A stretch of DNA of 52,531 nt from Nemertoderma westbladi (GCA_032718475.1 JAUCBJ010001225.1:1-52531), one strand, 5' to 3'. Shown: positions 12,131-25,400, numbered from the stretch's first letter. A program made the numbers and translations. Notes: generated by a model not told the origin, from the sequence alone.

Positions 12131-12689
12131 AGAGTAGAAGCAGTTCCGCGGCAATAATAATATTGCTCCTCAAAAGAGGGCCCTTACTGCATCAGGGACG
12201 CGTTTTTCGACAGAGCCCCGTCAGCTGAAACAGCCAGTGCCGCTAGTCGGTGGGGTTGACTTGTTGACGAGAGGCTATTATGAGGCGCAATGGGATACGC
12301 ATTGCGTATCTCCTTCTGTCAACCAATACTGGCCTAAGATATATTTTTAAACATTTATTTATTAATAATGCAATAACTGAATAACCAGATAACGGAAAGA
12401 CAAATCGAATTGAAACTTTTAATTACTAATAATAATTGTGGTGAGAGGTGATTGGAAATCAAGCATATATGTTATGTTATGGTAGGCACAGGCAAATGAA
12501 TTGATGTCTGTTGAGATGTATTGAAGGAGCACTATTCCTTCTACTAGACTACTACAGGTTAGGCCATGTCCTTGTGTGCTAGCCTAGGCACTGGCTTGGT
12601 CAATGACTTTAGCTTTAGCTGCCATTTTAGTAATGTACAACTTCAAGAAATATTATTGGGCACGGCTGCCCTTGTTCATGCCTTGTTGT

Positions 12690-14421
12690 CACACACACAC
12701 ATACACACACAGAGACTTTTGAAAAACGGCCATAGTATAATTACAGTATATCAGTTCGCTGATGGCTCGCCATTCGTGTCTCGCCCCACACAAAATACGC
12801 ATTCACGCAAACAAACAAGTAAAATTAGCCTCGAGATAGCGATAGTTTATGTGCTCGGGAAGAGAGCTTTCGATCATTTGCTCAGATTGGTGCTCGTGTG
12901 TCGGAGCGTATAGCTTGGACAGACTCATAGACTCACAGACAGACAATGCATATTTATATATAACACTAGAAACCTTCTAGTTCACAAGCTTCTATACAGT
13001 CAATCAATCAATGGACAATATCAAACATAAATAAATTAATTAATTAACTTAACAAAACTTTACATAAGTGAGCATTCTCTCAAACAAACAGACTGATGCC
13101 GCTTTAGTTGCAGCTACATACAATAATAAACAACATAAGGCTTTATGTTGTAATAGATAAATAATAAAATGGGAAAAGGTTTAAACTGTGTGATATTTTC
13201 CCCTTAGTGGAAAACTGTATAACTGCAGAGTAGTAGTTAGCGTCCTCGCAAACATAACCTATAGTGCAGTAGGTCACTGCAGCAACTCTATCGTATTAAA
13301 ATGGAAGGTTGTAATTTCAGACATTTCGCCCCCTAGTGACAGACTGCCTGCCAAGTGCCAAGTATCAGCAAAAAAGCATTCATAAACAACAAAATTGTAG
13401 GTTTCCTCATTCAGACATTTCATCCCCTAATAGCGGCAGACTGGGGAACTGTAGATTGGTCATCGTCTCCCCAAGCCCAAATACACACCCTTACGGTGTA
13501 GTATACTCTGCTTGGTATCAGCAAAAAAAACATTATAAACATATTGTGTAAAGGACCTAAGTATCAGCTAAAAATCATTATTAATAACAAAATAGGATAA
13601 GATTTTCACTTTCAGACATTTCGCCTCCTAGTGGCAGACTGAAGAACCGCAAACTGGTCGGCGTCCTCCCAACACGCAGCTATGGTCTGGTAGAATTTAT
13701 TCTGCAAAGTGTCAGCAGAGTGGTTACGATGATGCTGTTATAATTTCCTGCTTGCTGATCAGTAATTTCTCAGATAACAAAACAACTGCAGAATAATGCA
13801 ATTTTACCTCAAGACGCATTCATGCAAGTATCAAGTAAATGTGTAAAATAATCAGCCTCGAGATAGCCTTTACAATTCATGTTCACGGGCTCAGGATGGT
13901 CTGCATCATATAGATGAACGCACATGATAGAGTCAAGATCCAACTTGTAGGATGACGGACTGACGACCTGCTAGGCCTACCTCGCTAGCACCCATCCGGT
14001 ACATTGCAAAATTGAATAATTGAATCATTTTGTGTTTATGATTATAAACAATATGTGAACTGAAAAAAGCTAATCTAAGATTCACTGCTGGTTCTTACCA
14101 ATGTAAGTCAAGAACCAATCACAGTAGATCCTCTCCGCTCTCCTGCTGGGTCCTATTTATTGAGATTACTACTTAACCAACCCAGCCTGCTGCAGGCCAC
14201 CTATGATTGGTCTGCAAGTAGCTAGCTGCCTTGCTAACCGATGTATCATTCGCTCAGATTGGTGCTCTTTAGCTGAATATATTAATTTAGATTATGGCTT
14301 CCGACATTTATGGCTACCGACACACACACACGTCACACACACACACACAGACTTTTGAAAAACGGCCATAGTATAATTATATCAGTTCGCTGATGGCTCG
14401 CCATACGTGTCTCGCCCCACA
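12690..14421 (-). mobile_element. Fragments of a HINE/DINE-like non-autonomous element family (two copies of the same terminus)
   Basis: (CA)n-GACTTTTGAAAAACGGCCATAGTATAATTA..ATCAGTTCGCTGATGGCTCGCCAT.CGTGTCTCGCCCCACA at about 12690-12790 and 14335-14421 resembles the reverse complement of the terminus at 21089. Internal TCAGACATTTC..CTAG..CAGACTG units (13316-13640) match the 21.3-21.9 kb repeats in reverse. Confidence 0.6.
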
Positions 14422-15069
14422 GTACAGTATAATTCCATTATTTTTCGATGTAATTAACAATTACTTTTGTTACAGAAAGAAGTTGAGCGTTACAGAGATA
14501 ACAAAACGTAATTATTAGGCTTCCATAACTTTGTGTGGATCCGAAATTTTCTATAAATTGTAAAATTAAACATTTACTTTTCTTTTAGCAACAGGTGTCT
14601 AAGATATGGTGTATTAATATTGATGATCAAACATCCTGCATGACTACGTATGCAGCATCTACGACTGGAACCACATTACCATTTAGTATATGTATACAAT
14701 AAAGGGGTGGAGAATTTAATACATTGATGTTCGTGATTCCTTTTGTCCACCTGCCTCTATTATTCTTTTTTCTTTGAAGCCGTTGCCTAGTAACCAACGA
14801 TTACCTAACGTAATTGTTAAATAATGTATAGGCTGTGGAATAGCGAGGAATTAATACTAAGGAGTTTACTCTAATCCTTTAATAACTCATATAAGAACTA
14901 AATTAAATAGTTTTGTATTCATTTAAAACATTATTTCTTGAGAAGTGAAAATCTTTTAGCAACTTAACTAATAATAATTGTTTTGCTTTACGTTTTGTGT
15001 AACATTATTGTTGCGAATCCGAAACTAAATATAAGCTGTTTGTGAGATATTATTTTTTGTTACACTTTA

Positions 15070-15600
15070 AAGAAACTATGCAAACTTGTGATAAACTATG
15101 TTTAATTGTGAGAAACTTTGTTTATTAGTAAGATATGAATAGTGGAGAGAAATTGTTTACTTGTGAGAAACTGTTTATACTTGTGAGAAGCTTCGTTTAT
15201 TTGTGAGAAACTTTGCTTATTTGTATGATATGAATACTGGAGAGAAATTAATGTATTTACTTGTAACTTACTATACGTATGAGAAACTTTCTTTATTTAT
15301 GAGAAACTTTGTTTATTTGTGTAAGATAAGAATACTAGAGAGAAATTGTTTACTTGTGAGAAACTGTTTATACTTGTGAGAAGCTTCGTTTATTTGTGAG
15401 AAACTTTGCTTATTTGTATGATATGAATACTGGAGAGAAATTGTTTACTTGTGAGAAACTGTTTATACTTGTGAGAAGCTTCGTTTATTTGTGAGAAACT
15501 TTGCTTATTTGTATGATATGAATACTGGAGAGAAATTTGTGTATTTACTTGTGAGAAACTTTCTATACGTGTGAGAAACTTTGTTTATTTATGAAAAACT
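15070..15600. repeat. Minisatellite (about 20-bp TGTGAGAAACT.. subunits in an about 95-bp higher unit) just upstream of the WD40 gene start
   Basis: ATATGAATACTGGAGAGAAATTGTTTACTTGTGAGAAACTGTTTATACTTGTGAGAAGCTTCG.. repeated 4-5 times. Confidence 0.85.
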
Positions 15601-15704
15601 TCTGATTGGAGAATTGGAATTGAGAAAAAAATGTTGCAATCAAACATTTGTGTGACCCTTTGATATATTTAATAAATACATTTGCTAGATATAATTAATA
15701 CAAG

Positions 15705-15981
15705 ATGGGTAACAGCGGAGGTAAAGGGAGTCTATCGTACCTCGTTGAAACAGAAATGATTAACGACTCGGGTGTCAACTGTATGGTCGTATCGGAAGAC
15801 AGTAATTACTTGGCTCTGGGAGGGGAAGACGGCACGGCCTGTCTGTGGAACACAAAGACTGATAAAGTCGAACAGACATTCAAAAGTCATAAGTCATATA
15901 TCACTTGTATCGTCATTGCTGACGATTACGTTCTTACTGGAAGTGCCGATGATAAAATCATGAAATGGGATATGGCCACAG
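15705..15981 (+). CDS. WDR86: WDR86-like WD40 protein, exon 1
   Basis: MGNSGGKG...GVNCMVVSEDSNYLALGGEDGTACLW..HKSYITC..TGSADDKIMKWDMATG|gtaag aligns by eye with human WDR86 (GINWLSLSPDGQRLLTGSEDGTARLW..GHESYVTFC). Confidence 0.88.
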
Positions 15982-16087
15982 GTAAGAAAGATCTTTACTT
16001 AATTCACAATATTAAGTAAGGATTGAAATATAGTGTCTTTATACAAATCATACTGAGGTGAAATTATCCCTATTTCATATTTCATGC

Positions 16088-16635
16088 GTCATTTCTTAAA
16101 AAGTCACTTGGTGTCCATAAAAACACTTTAAATCGTCTTGTTTTTGCAATGTGCAAGGATAATTACCTTGTAGAAGATATTGCAACACAGTTCCATCTCC
16201 CTGACACCGACGCACTGCGCCAATACCGTGCTGAAGTCGCAACAAAAATCGACGACATCCCTCACGACTTCTGGACTTCACCAGCCTTCCAGTCGCGAAG
16301 GTGGACCGTTGCTATGAATAAATTGCGTCACGTAACTACGAGAGTGTCTATACACGGTTTTCACCATAAAATCTGCAAAACTCAGGGCTTTCACTCTCCT
16401 TGTGCCTCGTGCCGCTGTAATCTTTGTGATAACGTTGCCCCCTTGTACCACCTACTAAACTGCCCACAAAACGCCCAGCCAATCAGAGTGTGGGCCGCCT
16501 CAGACTGAATAATATACTAGACTCATACCATTTTAATTAATTAATCTATTTATATTATGAATTTGAATTTCAATTATATATTTTTTTATTGTTATATATA
16601 TTTTACTGTGCCATACCAGGCGTAATTAAATTAAA
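16088..16635 (+). mobile_element. 5'-truncated non-LTR retrotransposon 3' end (ORF2 C-terminal Cys/His knuckle) in WDR86 intron 1
   Basis: ORF ends CNLCDNVAPLYHLLNCP (Cx2C..Hx3C). AT-rich 3'UTR and (TAAAT)n tail; 14-bp TSD TTCATATTTCATGC at 16074-16087 and 16636-16649. Confidence 0.85.
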
Positions 16636-17479
16636 TTCATATTTCATGCAAACTGAATAAGATTTGTAAAACAAAGACACTATATTCAAAGGACATGATG
16701 TATTTGTTTAGGTAAAATGCCCCCCCCCCCCCCCCCCCCCCAGGATAGTATCATTGACCGTTTGGTATGTACACTTTGTTTCATTTGTCATAATGTAATT
16801 AAAGGGATAGATTGTAAATGTGGAGAAATAATATGGTATTTTTAGTTCACCAAAAGTGAGATCTGGCTCCCAATTCTAATATAATTTTGTATTTTATAAA
16901 CTATTCCGGATGTTGTTTTATCGTATTTACGGGGTTTCCACAAGTTCAAGTCAGTTGCTTTCAGTTATGGATAGTAAGATAAATTCAACTTCCCACAAAA
17001 TGGCACAACCATTACTTAACATTTACTGATAATTTTCCTGCAAATTGAAATATGGTTTTCGATATTTGAAAGTTTTTGAATATGAAATCTACGCTGACAG
17101 TTTCCCTAAAACATACAAATCAAATTCCGTAAAATTTCACTAAATCTATGACTTATTTTTAGCTCATGCACATTGTTTCAATAATGGTCACAACCACAGG
17201 AGCATTATAGATAATACATTCAAAATTGCGGAACTATTATCGTTTACATTAGATGTAAATAGCAGTTTGGTTTTCTCAGATCTTTGAATACTTTTTCATT
17301 CATTTAAGAAATATAATTTTTGTCATTTATAGGATGAAAATGTTCGGAGCACCAATCCCTTTTATTCTACTACCTGCTTCTAACCCATCACCAATTATCC
17401 AGTAATGACCTCACATTTCTTTCAGCTTTCTGTTATCTCACTCTTTGCACTGACGTGACACTATCGTCCTTTATCGCAG

Positions 17480-17684
17480 GTGAATGTGTGTTGACTTATT
17501 CTGGACATAAATCGACAATAAATAAGATAATCTTTACGGGGGAGTACCTGATAACTGCTTCCTACGACAAGACGTCTCGATGGTGGCAGTTCATTACTGG
17601 AGAATGTCTGCGCACATTCGTAGGTCACATTCGATCTGTAACAAGTATTGTCTTTCTTCCATCGGATACCATTCGAAATGACGA
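17480..17684 (+). CDS. WDR86: WDR86-like exon 2
   Basis: ttatcgcag|GT GAA..; GECVLTYSGHKSTINKIIFTGEYLITASYDKTSRWW..FVGHIRSV..ND GA|gttagt (phase 1 to 2). Confidence 0.9.
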
Positions 17685-17859
17685 GTTAGTTTCGCATATA
17701 TCCAATGAATTAAATTGTAATATTAATATAATAAAGGTCTATTATTGTACTACTCAGATTATTTTACCATGTATATATTCGCAATAATAATTTTCATGTT
17801 AGATTTATAATTACAGTTACTGTAGTTCTAAAATACCAGTTGCATTGTAATTATTTACT

Positions 17860-18684
17860 TCTATATTTGAAAGTATAAGTTAGGCCTATAATTGCGGTAG
17901 ATCTATATTTGAAGGCAAAGTTAGGCCTATAATTGCAGTAGATGTATATTTGAAGGCAAAAGTTAGGTCTATAATTGCAGTAGGTCTATATTTGAAGGCA
18001 AAAGTTAGGTCTATAATTGCAGTAGGTCTATATTTGAAGGCAAAACTTAGGTATATAATTGCAGTAGGTCGATATTTGAAGGCTAAATTAGGCCTATAAT
18101 TGCAGTAGGTCGATATTTGAAGGGAAAATTATGCCTATAATTGCAGTCGGTCTATATTTGAAGGCAAAAGTTAGGCCTATAATTGCAGTAGGTCTATATT
18201 TGAAGGCAAAACTTAGGTATATAATTGCAGTAGGTCTATATTTGAAGGATAAATTAGGCCTATAATTTCAGTAGGTCGATATTTGAAGGGAAAATTATGC
18301 CTATAATTGCAGTAGGTCTATATTTGAAGGCAAAAGTTAGGCCTATAATTGCAGTAGGTCTATATTTGAAGGCAAAACTTAGGTATATAATTGCAGTAGG
18401 TCGATATTTGAAGGCTAAATTAGGCCTATAATTGCAGTAGGTCGATATTTGAAGGGAAAATTATGCCTATAATTGCAGTAGGTCTATATTTGAAGGCAAA
18501 AGTTAGGCCTATAATTGCAGTAGGTCTATATTTGAAGGCAAAACTTAGGTATATAATTGCAGTAGGTCGATATTTGAAGGCTAAATTAGGCCTATAATTG
18601 CAGTAGGTCTATATTTGAAGGCAAAAGTTAAGCCTATAATTGCAGTAGGTCGATATTTGAAGGCAAAAGTTAGGCCTATAATTG
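17860..18684. repeat. 41-42-bp minisatellite, about 20 copies, with 4-unit higher-order repeat
   Basis: TATTTGAAGGCAAAAGTTAGGCCTATAATTGCAGTAGGTCTA. Variants cycle CAAAAGTT/CAAAACTT/CTAAATT/GAAAATTATG with about 166-bp period. Confidence 0.92.
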
Positions 18685-18701
18685 TCGTTATTTAATCTCA
18701 G

Positions 18702-18814
18702 CGAACAAGAAGAAGAAGAGGATGACTTTGATATAAAGGAAAGTAACGTTGAATCGGATAAGTTTATAACCTCGAGTATAGATGGTACAGCGAAATGCTG
18801 GAGGTTGGATTCTG
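18702..18814 (+). CDS. WDR86: WDR86-like exon 3 (acidic loop plus WD end)
   Basis: aatctcag|C GAA CAA..; EQEEEEDDFDIKESNVESDKFITSSIDGTAKCWRLDS G|gtgag (phase 2 to 1). Not in the ORF track. Confidence 0.88.
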
Positions 18815-18867
18815 GTGAGATATGGTAGTTTAGTTTCCAATGATCCATATATAGTTTATTTTTAATA

Positions 18868-19590
18868 ATATTTATAATTTATTATTGGCGTTTTGTTTGA
18901 ATTAGTGGTTTCATATTATTATAACTTGTTGGATACAGCTTTTGCAAAGTCAGCAATGACGTCCAGGTGGGCTCGAACTGGTGACCTCCGGGTAGTAAGC
19001 CCGACGCTCTAGCCATTCAGCTAGCTGGCTAGCGGCTCAGGTAAAAGTTAGAATTCCTGAAAATTACAACTCATACCTGTATGTCTGCAATTTACGTCCT
19101 CCATGGCCTCCCATCTGTCAATAACAATCTGCCGCAACTGCACTGTGCTTAATCCTATGGTACTTAGTCGTCTTTCTCTATGGGTGTATCTGTCCTGCCT
19201 AAATTGTAGTTAGAGTATTATAATTAATCGTACAGTAGTGGCCATGATGGTTCATGTTAAATATACACTAACCTTTCATTGTAGCGAGTGGTTAAAGACC
19301 TCCAAGTACGGTAGTGTTGAGCACATTGGCAGCATATGATGGTATTGACAGTTTGGAGGCCATGAGGAGGTAAATTGCGGATATACAAGGTATCAGGTAG
19401 TATTTCCAGGTCTATCTTTTACCTGAGCCGCCAGCTGAATGGTTAGAGCGTCAGACTTCCAACCCGGAGGTCACCAGTTCGATCCCACCTGGACGACATG
19501 GCTGACGCAATTCCAAAAGCTGTGCCCAACAAAGTTAGAATAATATAAATCCACTCATTCACCCAAAACACCAATAATAAAAGTAAAAAA
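18868..19590. mobile_element. Foldback element: about 270-bp inverted arms each containing a tRNA-derived cassette
   Basis: About 18960-19030 (minus) and 19430-19496 (plus) are tRNA-like (A box AGCTGAATGG, B box AGTTCGA.CC). Homology extends on both sides of the tRNA part; direct repeat GTAGTTTAGTTTC at 18825-18837 and 19627-19639. Confidence 0.7.
18960..19030 (-). pseudogene. tRNA-Val(TAC)-like pseudogene/SINE head
   Basis: GCCAGCTAGCTGAATGGCTAGAGCGTCGGG-CTTACTA-CCCGGAGGTCACCAGTTCGAGCCCACCTGGAC. Anticodon arm intact; T and acceptor stems imperfect. Confidence 0.55.
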
Positions 19591-20071
19591 AGCTAAAGCT
19601 GTGCCCAAAAAAAGTTTTAATAATATGTAGTTTAGTTTCTATATTGAAGGTGTTTTGATAAACATATTCTGATTTAATCATAATACTAAATCAATATTTT
19701 AATAACCAACCCCTGCGGTAAATATTTTCGACCTACACGTAGTTCGACACATTAGGTCATGTCTCAGTTTAAAAGTTGTAACATTAACTACGCGTAGGTG
19801 CTACGCATATAACTACTAACTACGCGTGTACTATGCCTATTCATAACTACGCGTATGCAACGTTTATCGTTAGTACATATCCCAAGTGGTCCATTACTAA
19901 AATAAGTTCAATTAAACACAATGTACAGTGTATGTATACCCATCAAACGCGTTCAACATACAGTAGATATCCCCTATACCTGTATACTCCCTGCAGCGGT
20001 ATATGCTAATGGCGTAGCTACGCGTTGCTCGAAAAGATTTACCCATGTCCTTCTTATAATTTGTTTCACAG

Positions 20072-20253
20072 CTAATTGTATAAATACATACGATGGGCAC
20101 GGTGGCCAGGCTGTTTGTTGCTTGGCAACTGACGCAGCCAAAGAATTCCTTTACACTGGAGGTTATGACTCAAAAATCAACTCTTGGGACATCGTGAAAG
20201 GGACATTGTTGCAAACATTTAAAGGTCATTCAGCGGCAGTGCTAAACCTACAG
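20072..20253 (+). CDS. WDR86: WDR86-like exon 4
   Basis: tttcacag|CT AAT..; NCINTYDGHGGQAVCCLATDAAKEFLYTGGYDSKINSWDIVKGTLLQTFKGHSAAVLNLQ|gtaac (phase 1 to 0). Confidence 0.92.
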
Positions 20254-21088
20254 GTAACTCAAATCGGTATAATATAACAAGTAACTACTGGTGTCAAATA
20301 AGACTTAAATAATACTTTTTGTTATGTATCGTTGCGCCTACCAAATAAGAAAGCAAGACAAAAAATGTTACTTTTTACTATTTTTTTAAAACTCATAATA
20401 AGGCAAAGCATTGAATGCAATAATAAAGTTGTAGATTATCTGTTGCAATATGGCAGTCACAGCTGGGCTATTGCCTCAGAATACATCTTGATGGTATATA
20501 CATATACTGCGATGCAACACACAGTGTTAATTGCATAAAAAGCAACGCTTAATTACATACGAGGCTTTGTAACATTTCGGAAGTGTGATAGAATTGACAA
20601 AACCCAGGATCACCCTGCATGCACGAGGAATAAGATTTGCTGGTCACCGCCATCGTAAAACTGACCAGTCAGTCTGTACATGACATTGTTCTATGGCAGA
20701 GCTGCCTGTCGAGATGCAACGTACCGACTAATGGTAGTTGAGTGAGCTGTGGAAGTGTTGCGTTGTGGGACCGGCCGGTAATGCATCCGTTGTGGTATTG
20801 CCGATATATTATATGTATGTCCTACTGGTATACTTAGTTAGGCTGTATGTGGAATTGGTATTGGATGGACTTTCGTGGGTTATCTGTTCTGTTTTTCCTA
20901 TTATTTCAACGTACGTACGTACAGGGACATATATCAGTTAACCAATTCTTATTACATTATCGGATAAGTGCCGGGGAGATTCCTCCCGAGAATAAACGTG
21001 ATGAATGAATTTATTATCATCTGACATTTATATGTTTACTTCACTATAAAAGTTGTATTTCTTTATTCAAATGTATTCGCTTTCAACT

Positions 21089-21181
21089 TGTGGGGCGAGC
21101 TACGAAGTTGGCGGAGCCTTAGCGAATTGACACTGTTAGGGGGTGGGTCAATTAATGCAAATAGTTGTCGTCGTCGTCGTT

Positions 21182-21220
<39 letters not shown>

Positions 21221-22400
21221 GTCGTTACGATTTTGACATGCTAATAACTTTGTCGGATTTAAAGCTGCCAAGTTGAAAATTTGTAGGTATCAATATGAGC
21301 AAAAGTTGAGATTTTTGAGAGACTTTCAGACACCATCAGTGCAATGGTCTCCCGCTAGAGGGCCACATGTCTAAACATTAAATGCCCTCCCATTTCTTTG
21401 CTTTTAATCCGTTTAAGCTGAAACTTGGCAGATATGTATTAGACCATTAGCTGTGACTTTCAAAGGAGGCGAATCCATCTGCAGTTCTCCAGTCTGCCGC
21501 TAGAGGGCCAAAGGTCTGAAAGTGAAATCGTTGTCGTCGTTACGATTTTGACATGCTAATAACTTTGTCGGATTTAAAGCTGCCAAGTTGAAAATTTGTA
21601 GGTATCAATATGAGCAAAAGTTGAGATTTTTGAGAGACTTTCAGACACCATCAGTGCAATGTTCTCCCGCTAGAGGGCCACATGTCTAAACATTAAATGC
21701 CCTCCCATTTCTTTGCTTTTAATCCGTTTAAGCTGAAACTTGGCAGATATGTATTAGACCATTAGCTGTGACTTTCAAAGGAGGCGAATCCATCTGCAGT
21801 TCTCCAGTCTGCCGCTAGAGGGCCAAATGTCTGAAAGTGAAATCGTTGTCGTCGTTATGATATTGACATGCTTATAACTTTGTCGAATTTAAAGCTGCCA
21901 AGTTGAAAATTTGTTTTGTTGAAAATCAGTTCAACAGTCACCCGCTATAGGACTACTTTATGCCTGAAAGTGAATAGATTCTCCCGTCTCATTGATTTTA
22001 ATCAGTTTAAGCTGAATCTTGCCATATATTCTGGACCACATGCTGCGTCTTTGTGGGGGGGGGGGGGGGGGGGGGGGAGATTTAATCGGTCTGCCGCTAT
22101 ACGACGAAATTTCTGAAAGTGAGATCCGTCTCTCATTTCGTTCGTTATCCGTTATTCAAGATGAAACTTGGCCGATGTACGTATGTACTATTCATCCATA
22201 GGCTGTGTCTTTGTGGGGCTGGAGACCCTAATCCATCTTCAGTTCTCACTATACCGCTAGAGTCAGAAATGTCTGAATAGAAATGAAAGAGGTAAAAAGT
22301 GATTAGGCGAAATCTGCTTAAAATTTGCTAATACAGTAATACTTTCGAATTAGTACTTAAATTTAATTTAAGTCACGTGCTGCGCGAAGGCCCCACTTCG
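21089..22400 (+). mobile_element. HINE/DINE-like non-autonomous element with (GTC)n microsatellite and 315-bp internal tandem repeats
   Basis: 5' TGTGGGGCGAG and 3' GCCCCAC subterminal inverted motif. (GTC)n at 21166-21225; 315-bp unit about 2.3 times (21219-21915) plus degenerate further units. Confidence 0.65.
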
Positions 22401-25400
22401 TGTATAACAGTTGAACTCATTGTATATTATTATTATATTGTTGTTGCCGGCCAATTTTTAGGCGGTTCTAAGAACTTTACCCTTTGCAAAATACTGCTGA
22501 ATAAATAACTTTGCTGTTGTCCTACTTTGTCAATCAATCCTTCTTTCACTAGAGATGAATGCTCATCAGCTCACTATACAGTTGCTAATGGAATTCAACC
22601 ACCCCCCCCCCCCCCCCCCCCCCCCAGTTCAATGAGATCCTTTTACTAAACATATTATTAGGTAGGGACTACCATATCGGGATTCAATTTGGAACATTTT
22701 GAATTTTTGAACAAAAACGATGAATCACAGGACATGTAAACAGACACTATACCAGAGAGGTGGACAGAGAATTGTACTTACTGGTAGACATTATTGAGTG
22801 TCGTTTATTGAGACCTGCCTCCCGCCAGTAAACTTCTGACAACCTGGCGAGTTTACAGAGTAGGTTATCTATTTTTACCATTGTTGTTGTGTTGTTAAGA
22901 AATGTTTACTAATAACTACTCGCACTTTTCAATTGGATCTCAGAAAAATCTTTCATAACAAGTTTATACTTTAATAAGTAATTAAACAGGACTAAGGATG
23001 ATCCAACTCTATAGCAAACTTATCGGCTTTGGTTGGGTACAATCTTCATCCGCTCCCACCCAATATTCGCCAGCTAATTATCAATTAATGGAAAATGAGG
23101 ATCACAGTGGCATGTAATTCTAACCAAAACAATAATTGGGCGTAATACCACAGGTTACAGTTTCATAATTAATGACACAATAACTTATTAAGTGGTAATT
23201 ATTTATTAAACGAAGATTGCTCTTTGCAAATATTGTACGCGGGCAAAGATATCTCGCGTGTTTTATCTTTGCGTTGCCTTTCCCCTGTAGGTAGAGGGTT
23301 GAATTTCAAGCATCCCCCACCCCTTCTCTGGACTGGCACGTATCACACACACACTTAACTATTAAATAATGTCAGTCTTATATCCCTAATTAAGTAAGTG
23401 CTGTAGTAGCAGCACAGTTGGTCGCCAATTTAAGATAGATTTATCTTCTTGGAGCAGTAGGCCCTATAAATCAGAAGCAATTGACTTGATACACCTAACA
23501 ATGGGGTAAGCTGGCTACTTCTCCATCGGATACTAAATAGCCTGCTGGCTTGGAGGTTGCTTCACCTTACAAGCTGAAGAAAAAAGTAATTATAATAATT
23601 CATTGGTGTTAAATAATACTCTCACCGTAAAATACATTTCATATACAACATAATGCCAACACAAATAAGTATAAGTCAGGACAAAAGGTAATAGACATTA
23701 TATCATTTTATAATTTAATTTTTTGTAGTTGCATTGCATTTCTAAGTTCGCCAGTCCACTGTGCTTATGCAGTTGGTGAAGGAAAGTTATTGGCTGGAGA
23801 CCAAGTCTAGTCCAACCAGAGGAATGATTCAGTTACATCCACCAGTTCACTACTATTGCTTTTACTATCTTATAGCATAGTATTGTAGGGTATAGCTGGG
23901 TTTTCACCACTAGCTCCACCCTACATTCTCTTAGCTGCATCCATAATTGGAGACCACGTTATTGCTTATATACACTATACTTATGTATATGTATTGTATA
24001 TACATACATATATCTCTCTTAAGCATATGTATTGTATATATACTGTATATATCCAACATATCTTATGTATCCAACATCACTTGCTATTCGACTTCTCAGA
24101 TCAATACTACTAATAGTGGCCATATTTACTCACCGTAATGCTCTGTCATCCAATACACCGGCTGAGTAATACTGTTTTTCGAGTTGTCTGAGCTTTTTGG
24201 AAACATGGTCCCTTCTAATAGGAGCCAGTAGCTGCAACAAGTTAATAGTCAGATTCCTGTAAGGTATTCCGATAATTTGCCGTTATAAACCCTTATTGAA
24301 GCTCACTGGTACCATTTCTATTTATTCACCTCCATACACAGGCTGGTCCTCGCTGCAAAGGCAAGGCGTAGACGGCTCTCTTCTCTTGTCAAATCAGGAG
24401 TGACCAATGAGACATCTTCAAAGCCTTATGGTGTCTGGTTGGAGATGTTTGCATTGTACTTGACACAGTGAACCCGTCGTAGAATTCTTTCTTGTCTATA
24501 TGCTAAGCAGAGATGCAGTACTGGTTATACTGCTGCCCTGAAAAATCGTACCTTGAGATTCTATATTTTTCTATGGGACTTCCTAATCCTGGTCGGACAG
24601 CCCATTCAATTATGCTAATGCTCGTACATATCCGAAGGTTTGCACTTGACTTCCGGATCCATGATCCCAATCAGCAGAACTCATCCTCATGCTGAAGTAT
24701 AGCTTACTGTAGAGTTTTGGCTCATAGGATCACACATTTTCTGAGGACTGTCGGTAACTGACAGTTAGTCTAAATGTTAGTTTTCTTGGAGTTTACCAAA
24801 AGACAAATACTAGAAGAAGCCTGCTCAAATAAGTAGTATTCAGAAGTCATCAACCGTTTGTGTTCGTTTTTATCACTGGCCCAACAACCATCTACATTAC
24901 TTATGTAATCCATAATGGGGAGGGGGGCTTCTTATTTCCCGAATCAGCGCTCACGGATAATACTTCGCCCGATTGTTTTGCCACTTTGCCAGTCTACAGC
25001 GTTGGTGACGCAGTAGAGTCAGATAAGGGACCCCCTGATGCCACATGACCCACCATTGGCTATGCAACTCATCAGCTGAGCCAACCCTGCACCCTTGCTT
25101 CCAGCCAGGTGCAAGTCGCAACGGAGTGGACTCAGAAGGTAATTGATATATATTCCCAACTATTTCCTATTCCCAACTAACAATTGGTAGAGTGCCATCA
25201 TCCTGGTCAGGTCATGCATGAGGCTGAGTCAGTTGGGTACTAATTACAAGACCAAGTGATGATCCTCTTTGTGAGAGAGAGGGTCTATGCAGTCATAGAT
25301 GGCACCTTATTTACGCTGCTTTGAGGAGAGGTGGCAGGTTTTCTTAATCAATGACCCAGCAGTCCTGCCTGCTTCACATGACCTTCAAATACACAGATTT

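Noticed and set aside
19430-19496. Functional tRNA-Gly(TCC)
   Set aside because: Mismatched anticodon, T and acceptor stems; it is the diverged partner of the inverted tRNA-like copy.
21088-21276. Arg-rich protamine-like ORF
   Set aside because: Translation of a (GTC)n microsatellite within a transposon-like element.
23700-25380. Higher-GC, coding-like patches in WDR86 intron 4 (also 37550-38400)
   Set aside because: No recognisable motifs or sustained ORFs; probably decayed TEs but cannot be assigned by eye.
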